From contig CAJVXN010000004.1 of the NCBI GenBank assembly GCA_913009335.1, forward strand, positions 2,349 to 66,348: a DNA stretch of 64,000 nt, given 5' to 3'. The translations under genes and the position numbers were made by a program. This document shows, in pieces, positions 57,457-64,000 of the stretch (the first letter of the stretch is position 1; every line of letters begins with the position of its first letter). This DNA comes from an uncultured bacterium (GTDB lineage Bacteria > Omnitrophota > Gorgyraeia > Ghiorseimicrobiales > Ghiorseimicrobiaceae). The notes beneath the pieces are model-generated. The model saw only the letters and a list, made by a program, of their open reading frames with translations, did no database searches and had not been told where the DNA came from.

Positions 57457-58444
57457 ATCCCGCGCCTATTTGAACTACACCCTCTTCTGTATTTAGAATA
57501 AACTTAATAAAACTATTTTTTCTACCCGAGAGCACATCTCTGGATAAAGTAATATCTATTCCTAAGAATCTTCCTTCTTTATTTTTCAACGAAAAAACCA
57601 GGTTATTTTTCTTGCCTAACTTTACTCTGGCAGAAAAAGCAACAGTACTTCTTTTACCTTTTTCATGTTCTATTGCGAATAGCAATCCTATGTCTTTTTT
57701 GTAAATCCATTCCCCAAATAAAGATATATCTTTTTGCGAGACCCCAATTCCGATTTTATACTTTATGCCTTTTTTCTTTCCCCTTTGCGCGGCTATTCCC
57801 AAGCTTACCTTAAAATCAAATCTCGAAGAAGATACCCCATCCAATACATATGAAAGGGCGTATCTATTACTAATATCCCATGACCCTTTAAATACTATGC
57901 GTTGGGTAGAAACGGTCTTTCTTTTTAAATTACGCCTAGTATAAGAATATACTATTCTGTTATCTTTATTTATACGCCAATCATTGGCAAAAGTTAATAT
58001 ATCGTATTTATTTTTATCTTTATTGATATAAAAGCTAAGGCGATTATTCTTATTCGCGCGCCACTTGCCTGAGAATTTTAAAATAGAAGTTCTGGCTTTA
58101 TTCTGCTTGTTTTTTGTGATAAGAGAAAATACTAAATTAGTGCCCCCTACCTTCGCAATCTTCCCTTTAAAAAGAAGACGCCCTTGCGCGTATTGTTTAT
58201 TCCACTTATCTAAAGTCAAAGCCAGATTATGATTTTTATCCAGAGACCAATTACCTGTTAATTTAATCTGTTGAGGAACCTCAAAATCGGATGATTTTTT
58301 TACATGATATATAAGGCGGGATTTTTTATCTATTCTAAAATTTCCATCGAGGACTTTACGGTATTTACTAATGCGGGAAGCCTTGCCGCTAATTTTAGCA
58401 ACCAGCCTATTGTGCGGATCTATTTCATATTTTATCTTCGGCAT
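57446..58444 (-). CDS. Highly basic hypothetical protein with repeated beta-hairpin motifs
   Basis: Long ORF with repeats of G.W.(I/L)...N.L.(Y/F); ends in GAGFAW. Confidence 0.75.
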   Translation of the reverse strand: MPKIKYEIDPHNRLVAKISGKASRISKYRKVLDGNFRIDKKSRLIYHVKKSSDFEVPQQIKLTGNWSLDKNHNLALTLDKWNKQYAQGRLLFKGKIAKVGGTNLVFSLITKNKQNKARTSILKFSGKWRANKNNRLSFYINKDKNKYDILTFANDWRINKDNRIVYSYTRRNLKRKTVSTQRIVFKGSWDISNRYALSYVLDGVSSSRFDFKVSLGIAAQRGKKKGIKYKIGIGVSQKDISLFGEWIYKKDIGLLFAIEHEKGKRSTVAFSARVKLGKKNNLVFSLKNKEGRFLGIDITLSRDVLSGRKNSFIKFILNTEEGVVQIGAGFAW

Positions 58445-58503
58445 TTAGTTATTTTAAATTCCAATGCGGGTTTGGAATTGGTTGAAGCCCGGCTTCAACA
58501 GGC

Positions 58504-59121
58504 TTACTCTTCGTTGCGCAACTCTCTCCACCACTTCATCCTAAACCCTGAGCCAAAGCTGGGGACTCCTGCCCCGCCAAAGGTGACTTTGCCGGAGATA
58601 ATATTTAGGTAGTCTTCCGAGACAGGGGTCACGGTTACAACTTCTGCCTGAGTATCAGTTACCTCAATTGTGGCTGTGCCGTTTTTAAAGGTAACTGTGT
58701 TGGTTTCCGCGGAGCAGGTGGTAGTATCATCGTCTCTTGATTCTATAAGGGCTACAGTAAATGTAGTGCCGCTGTCAGTGGTGATATCATCGCCGTTTGA
58801 GTCAATCAAATCCACTGTAACAGCAAGTGGACCCACAGGGCCCGAAGTATCGCGCACGATAACTGTGCCTTCTTTTACGGTAAATTGCGGAGATGTACCT
58901 GTAGCCGCAGAATAGGTGGAGTCGGTAGCAGTAATAGAGGTTGTGCCAGGGTCTGTTCCGGATAAGCCAGAAAATATATGCATACCGGTATCAGTTGAAC
59001 CAAAGGAATATGTAGAAGGAAGACTTAAATTGCTTCCTGAAAAACCAACATCTCCGGTATAATTGCCTATGGTCGCGCCGTTATAATCTTTAGCCGTAAC
59101 AGTGGCGGTAAAATAGTAGTG
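58504..59121 (-). pseudogene. 5'-truncated remnant of a Thr/Ser/Gly-rich Ig-like surface protein
   Basis: The frame stays open upstream of the ATG at 58983 (FTATVTAKDYNGATIGNYTGDVGFS...) to about 59121, where it ends beside the IS; no start or signal peptide. Confidence 0.7.
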
Positions 59122-59169
59122 TCAAGATAAGGGGCTGTTTCCGAACTCCTTGTAAAATACTAAAAAACC

Positions 59170-59224
59170 TTGCGTTCTGATACGCTATAGTGTATACTAT
59201 GTATAGTAATAATACTATACATAG
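59170..59224 (+). promoter_or_regulatory. IS promoter with an overlapping perfect palindrome
   Basis: TTGCGT-17 nt-TATACT; CTATGTATAGTA-ATAA-TACTATACATAG at 59197-59224. Confidence 0.65.
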
Positions 59225-59234
59225 GAGGTTTTAT

Positions 59235-59417
59235 ATGGGATACCCAACCAGAATGCAAGCAATAAAAAGAGGCCGTAATCAACAATGGTTTGTAAATTTT
59301 CCCGCGGCTATCGCGCGAGCGATGAATTTTACAAAGTCTGAAGTAGTAGAATGGGAAATTATAGATAAAAGCTCTCTTAAGTTGAAAAGAATAGCTAAAA
59401 GGAGGGCGCGAAGATGA
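59235..59417 (+). CDS. Small AbrB/SpoVT-like DNA-binding protein inside the IS
   Basis: SD AGGAGG; WFVNFPAAIARAMNFTKSEVVEW pattern; ATGA overlap with the transposase. Confidence 0.7.
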   Translation: MGYPTRMQAIKRGRNQQWFVNFPAAIARAMNFTKSEVVEWEIIDKSSLKLKRIAKRRARR

Positions 59418-60855
59418 TGGGAATTAAACATAGACAGGCAAGACTTTTTTATAACATAAGGCTGGAAGACATGGTGCCGGATGATCATATCTTAAGAAAA
59501 TTAGCCAACAAAATAGACTTTTCTTTTATAAGAGCTTTAACCAAAAAGTATTATAGCCATACAGGGCAACCATCGATAGATCCTATAGTCTTATTTAAAA
59601 TGATGCTTATAGGTTATTTGTTTAATGTGCCATCTGAAAGAAAACTTGCTAAAGAAATAACGGTTAATTTGGCATATAGGCTCTTTTTGGGATACGATTT
59701 AGACGAAATTACTCCAACTCACAGTGTTCTAAGCAAGGCAAGACGGCGATTTGAGTTAAATGTCTTCTCTGGTTTTTTCAATAAAGTTGTAGAATTATGC
59801 AAAGAAGCCAGTCTTGTAGGCCAAGAAGACACCTATGTAGATTCGACTATTATTCAAGCCAACGCGAGCTTGAAATCATTTGTTCAAACCAAACAGACTC
59901 CGGATGAATATATTAAGGAAGTTGAAAAATATCATATGAAAGAAGAGGAAATAGAAAAAACCTCTACTAGTGGAAAGCATTTTGACGGTAAAGCCGATGA
60001 GCAAAAAATTGGCAAAAGAAGACAGCGTTCTTACGTAAATAATAAGTTTCAATCTAAAACAGATAAAGAGGCTCGATTATCTATAGGCCGGGCATAGGAA
60101 GAAAAGCTGCTTATAAAGGACATTTCGTTGTCGATGGTAAGGCCCGTATCATTATAGCTGCCGAGGCTACAAAAGCTAAAGACGCCGATACCTCCGCTCT
60201 CCCGGCATTAACAAAACAAATGCAAAATAACAATATTAAAGGAAAGCATATTGTTGGAGACAGCCACTACGGTACAATCGAAGCTTATCAATATCTGCAA
60301 GGTAAAGATATGCAAACGGTTTTTAAACCATTCAAGACTAAAAACAGGCCTGGATTCTTAAATGAGGAAGACTTTACCTATGACAAGAAAAATGATCAGT
60401 ATATATGCCCGCAAGGAAAAGTTCTCAAGTTTAAGACTTACCAACATACCGTATTCAGAAAGGCCTACAAAGCCAAAAAAGAAGATTGTATTAAATGCCC
60501 GCTTAAGCATAAATGTGTAAGTTCAAAAACTCAAGCTCGGCTTGTAACACGATTTTATGGAGAGTGGATAGATAAAGCTAAAGAATGGACACAAAGCGAC
60601 CATGGCAAAGCACTTCTTAGAAAAAGAAAATTTTGCATAGAAGGTATTTTTGGCGAAGGAAAAACACAGCATTTGTTAAGACGCATGCTTTTTCGAGGAC
60701 TAATAAATGCCAAAATTCAGCTTTTCATGACTGCTGGTGCAATGAATTTAAAGAGACTAATAGATGGGGTAGGTGTTAGAAGTGCCGAATTTTTGTTATC
60801 TCTCGTAAGATGCTGTTGTTTCCAACTATCTATAGCGTTTTCACAAATATATTAG
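59414..60855 (+). pseudogene. IS1182-family DDE transposase, frameshifted near 60080
   Basis: YSHTGQPSIDP, SERKL, P.HS.LS..RRR, VDST...ANAS, SKTD..ARLS, then in another frame YKGHFVVD, GDSHYG, YICPQG, C..CPLK..C, IEG.FGE.K. Confidence 0.85.
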
Positions 60856-60978
60856 GTCTTCGGAAACAGCCCCAATAGTTTACACTATCAATAACTTACT
60901 GATTTTACACCCTATTTCTCTATATTCAATCATAATAACTAGCATTTAACCGAATTTTTTAAGGTGGATTTTCATAAA

Positions 60979-62016
60979 TTATTCATTAGATTGGCTCTTG
61001 AAGAATTCCCAGATTTCATCCACCGCGGATATCGCATTAGACGGGGTATCGGCTTTTTCCCGCGGCTTTTGACCTCCCGGCCATGAATGCCCCCCGGTTT
61101 CCGTAACGCAGAGCATGACCCGGACATTATCCGCGCATCCGGAATATAAATCGCAATAAACGCCTTCTTTCTCTAAAACTCTTCTGGGGCTGCTATCGCA
61201 ATCATTCCGCCTGACCCATCTGGAGATTGTTTCCGGCACAGGCGTAAAATTGGTCACCTTAGACTTATCCTTGAAAACATCGCCCGAGCCGCCGTCAAAA
61301 AGAACATAACCGTCATCTTTGGCGTGAATATGCATTACGGAAATAGCTTTTGAAGGGGCGCAATTATCGCAATTTTCCGTGCCGGCAACCGAAGCTATGG
61401 CCGCAAACCGGTCGGTTAGCTCACAGGCGAGCCGATAAGAAAACATTCCTCCGTTAGAAAACCCGATCGCGTAAACCTTGTTCGAATTGATGCTGTATTT
61501 ACCATCTATATCTTCAAGCATTGCTTCCACAAAACCAACATCATCAACCTTATTGTCCCGGGCGTATCCGCAGCAGCTCCCCGCGTTCCAGGTAGCGCGT
61601 TTTCCGGATTTTACCTTACTCACCCCATTAGGAAAAGCAACAATAAACCCCTCTTCGTTGGATTTAGATATTAAATTATAATATTTGTCAATGGCCATTC
61701 TTCCGCTATCACCGCCGCCGCCGTGAAACGAAAGAATCAAAGGCGCAGGCATTGTTGTTTTATAAGAAGGAGGGATGTGAACCTTGTATGTCCGCATCCA
61801 TCCGCCATACTCGAAAGAAAAATCATAATCGCCGATATTTGTATTCACCCGCCCTCTTTCCCCTGCTCGCTCGCTCCGCCTTTCTTTTATGTTCTCCTTT
61901 ATTTTTTCTTTCATTTTTTCCCGCCAGGCCCCTTGCGCTAATCCTGTTTGAGAAACTATAAATAGACTTAAAACCAGAAAAGATACTACAAACAAAACCC
62001 GTTTACTTTTTTTCAT
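60979..62016 (-). CDS. Secreted PHB-depolymerase-family esterase (LpqP-like alpha/beta hydrolase)
   Basis: Signal peptide, HGGGG, WNAGSCCG, DDVGF, GFSNGG, GGHSWPGG; SD AAGGAGG. Confidence 0.88.
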   Translation of the reverse strand: MKKSKRVLFVVSFLVLSLFIVSQTGLAQGAWREKMKEKIKENIKERRSERAGERGRVNTNIGDYDFSFEYGGWMRTYKVHIPPSYKTTMPAPLILSFHGGGGDSGRMAIDKYYNLISKSNEEGFIVAFPNGVSKVKSGKRATWNAGSCCGYARDNKVDDVGFVEAMLEDIDGKYSINSNKVYAIGFSNGGMFSYRLACELTDRFAAIASVAGTENCDNCAPSKAISVMHIHAKDDGYVLFDGGSGDVFKDKSKVTNFTPVPETISRWVRRNDCDSSPRRVLEKEGVYCDLYSGCADNVRVMLCVTETGGHSWPGGQKPREKADTPSNAISAVDEIWEFFKSQSNE

Positions 62017-62103
62017 TACAAACCCCTCCTTTTTAATTTTACCCAAAGCCTTACGGCGAAATTAGCCTCACCGCAATCACATTGCAATAAAAAACTAAAA
62101 ATA

Positions 62104-63399
62104 TTAAAACAAGAAGTATCGAAGCCAGAGATATAATGTACAGATAATCAGCGACTGAAATAGGTATCCCGCTCCGTATTTAAAAAATCGCCCAAAGGAG
62201 ACCGGGCATTTATTTTTCTCGGCGATCCGCGCCATAACGATATTAGCGGATGCTCCGATAAGCGTCCCGTTGCCGCCGAGACATACTCCCAACGCGAGAG
62301 CCCACCATAAAACATTCAGATGCCCCATTGAGCCGGGAAGATTGCCGAGGGCAAAATGGCCGTTAACTTCCTTGACCAGCGGAACCATAACCATGACAAA
62401 CGGGATGTTATCAAGGATAGCGGAAAAAATCGCCGAACCCCATAGAATAAGAATGCAGATAAGAAAAAGATTATCATTTCCTAACCCCAGAAGAGCTTTT
62501 CCGGCTGATGAGATAACACCGTTTACCTCAAGGGAGGCGACAAGCATAAACATGCCGACGAAAAAAAGTATAACACCCCACTCGGCTTGACTGAAGACCT
62601 CGTCTTTCTTCTGGCGGGTCACCAGCAGCATAACCATACTGCCTAAAAAAGCAATAATCCCCGGCTCGATTTTTAAAAACCCGTGAATAAAAAAACCAAT
62701 AAACATCGCCCCAAAAACTATCAAAGCGCGGATCATATTTTTTTTATCGATTATCGCCAAATGCGGTAAAGCATCCGTAACTCTTTTTTTAAGAGCCGGC
62801 TCTACGCGTATGCGGCTCCTGAAAATAAATCGCACCGTCATGAGAAATACAATGAAAACTAAAAGTATGACCGGCCCCAGATTAAAAATAAAAGCGTTAA
62901 AAGAAAGGGCGGCCTTCGAACCAATGATAATATTAGGCGGATCTCCTATAAGGGTAGCTGTCCCGCCGATATTAGAAGAAAGCACCTCCAAAATAATAAA
63001 AGGCACCGGAGACAGTTCCAAAAGCTGAGTGATGAGAATGGTAACGGGGACAATAAGAATAATCGTTGTTACATTATCCAGAAAAGCCGAAAACACAGCC
63101 GTTAATACAAGCAGAAACAGCATAATGATCAGCGGCTCTCCCTTAGCTTTTTTAGCTATAGAAATAGCGACCCACTCAAAAAAACCCGTGCGTGATAAGA
63201 TGTGAGCACAGATCATCATCCCGACCAGCAGAAAAATGACATTCCAATCAATCCGCTCAACCGCTTCCGAAAAAGATATGAGCCTGAAGATAATCGCGCA
63301 TAAAGCAGCGGTAACCGCCAGAATTGTTTTATTGATTTTTTCGCTGACGATGAGGATATAAGTTATTGTAAAAATTACTAAGGATAATACCGCTTTCAT
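62104..63399 (-). CDS. ArsB/NhaD/CitMHS-family ion transporter
   Basis: SAFLDNVTT, NIGGTATLIGDPPN, SAILDNIP, LGGNGTLIGASAN. Confidence 0.9.
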   Translation of the reverse strand: MKAVLSLVIFTITYILIVSEKINKTILAVTAALCAIIFRLISFSEAVERIDWNVIFLLVGMMICAHILSRTGFFEWVAISIAKKAKGEPLIIMLFLLVLTAVFSAFLDNVTTIILIVPVTILITQLLELSPVPFIILEVLSSNIGGTATLIGDPPNIIIGSKAALSFNAFIFNLGPVILLVFIVFLMTVRFIFRSRIRVEPALKKRVTDALPHLAIIDKKNMIRALIVFGAMFIGFFIHGFLKIEPGIIAFLGSMVMLLVTRQKKDEVFSQAEWGVILFFVGMFMLVASLEVNGVISSAGKALLGLGNDNLFLICILILWGSAIFSAILDNIPFVMVMVPLVKEVNGHFALGNLPGSMGHLNVLWWALALGVCLGGNGTLIGASANIVMARIAEKNKCPVSFGRFFKYGAGYLFQSLIICTLYLWLRYFLF

Positions 63400-63401
63400 G
63401 T

Positions 63402-64000
63402 TTAAAATACCAATATTTTGTCAATAATACTGAAGTGGTCAATCATGCCGGCTATCGTGCCGTCAGAATTCACCACAAACAGCTGCGGCTGTTTCTTAAC
63501 CGTAATTTCAAAGATAATCTCCAGAAGCGTATTATCACGGCGCAAAGGATTTATGCCGGCAATAACCAAATCACTAACCTTTAGATCGCTTCTAAGGCGG
63601 AAATATTTCTCAAAAGGATCAATATGGCGCACAAATGAAATAGTTGAAAGCTGCTTGAAAAAATCCGGCATCCCAAAATCAAAAATACTTAAACAGGATA
63701 TTTTACCGCAAAGCTTCTTATTTTCATCTATGACCGGCAAAACATCCTGTTGGCGCAGATGCATTATGCGGGCCGTGTCTTCCACGGATGTATCCATGGT
63801 CACGATATGCCGCACTGGGCGCATAATATCTTCGGCGCAAATCAAAGTCTTACCGTTTACGCGCTTTTCGTTTAAAGCGTTAAAAATATTTTCAAAATTA
63901 AGCGGCGGAATAAGGACATTCTTGATTCCTCTGCTTATTGCCGACATTGTCTGCAATATCAAATATGGATTTTCGACTGAAGACAAAATAAGAAAAATCG
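63402..64000 (-). CDS. CBS-domain protein, 3' part; probably with an N-terminal PTS EIIA-like domain outside the window
   Basis: Frame is open to the window edge (IFLILSSVENPYLILQTMSAISR); CBS pair AEDIM...LPVID...LFVVN..G. Confidence 0.75.
   Translation of the reverse strand, partial: IFLILSSVENPYLILQTMSAISRGIKNVLIPPLNFENIFNALNEKRVNGKTLICAEDIMRPVRHIVTMDTSVEDTARIMHLRQQDVLPVIDENKKLCGKISCLSIFDFGMPDFFKQLSTISFVRHIDPFEKYFRLRSDLKVSDLVIAGINPLRRDNTLLEIIFEITVKKQPQLFVVNSDGTIAGMIDHFSIIDKILVF

Larger units (their letters stand above)
59131..60873 (+). mobile_element. IS1182-family insertion sequence
   Basis: Perfect 15-bp inverted repeats GGGGCTGTTTCCGAA (59131-59145) / TTCGGAAACAGCCCC (60859-60873) enclosing the transposase; AA on both flanks. 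Confidence 0.92.

Noticed and set aside
60061-60100. Programmed ribosomal frameshift in the transposase
   Set aside because: There is no slippery heptamer in the short overlap of the two frames; a 1-bp deletion or sequencing error is simpler.
925-63028. Numerous plus-strand ORFs of 60-184 aa and short alternative-frame minus-strand ORFs in the track
   Set aside because: They lie over well-supported minus-strand genes and have no motifs or SD sites; they are shadow ORFs. Only the IS-internal plus-strand ORFs were kept.

Overview
A 64-kb, AT-rich bacterial chromosome segment, coded almost entirely on the minus strand. Gene content (LL-DAP aminotransferase lysine pathway, a type IV pilus/T2SS-like locus, many radical SAM and glycosylation genes) would fit a PVC-superphylum organism such as Ca. 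Omnitrophota; this is inference only. Left to right: mtaB (partial), rsmE, an AmmeMemoRadiSam B-A fusion and tRNA-Ala(CGC) with a duplicated 3' end; a radical SAM gene and a pilus locus (four prepilins including a close paralogue pair, pilC, pilB, secretin, pilP-like, pilO, pilM-N, an HTH protein, pilX-like); a TPR/ExbB/ExbD module; uvrA; a 13.6-kb cell-envelope glycosylation cluster (three radical SAM enzymes, one B12-radical SAM, an orphan TPP-dependent E1 alpha/beta pair, GT2/GT9/GT-C proteins); a small basic two-repeat protein; nadX, a folK-panC fusion, dapL-dapB-dapA-dapF-lysA and argHGFDBJC; rpsI-rplM; a SpeD-like gene; polyprenol-mannose/GT87 genes; a truncated surface-protein remnant; a frameshifted IS1182-family element carrying an AbrB-like ORF; and a visibly GC-richer end (esterase, ArsB/NhaD-type transporter, CBS protein). 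The most striking unexplained signal is non-coding: at least 11 small palindromic elements in 4 families, several with conserved helix geometry but diverged stem sequence. Many sit at stop codons or directly before Shine-Dalgarno sites, and one is inserted in frame inside mtaB. All calls are by eye, without database searches.
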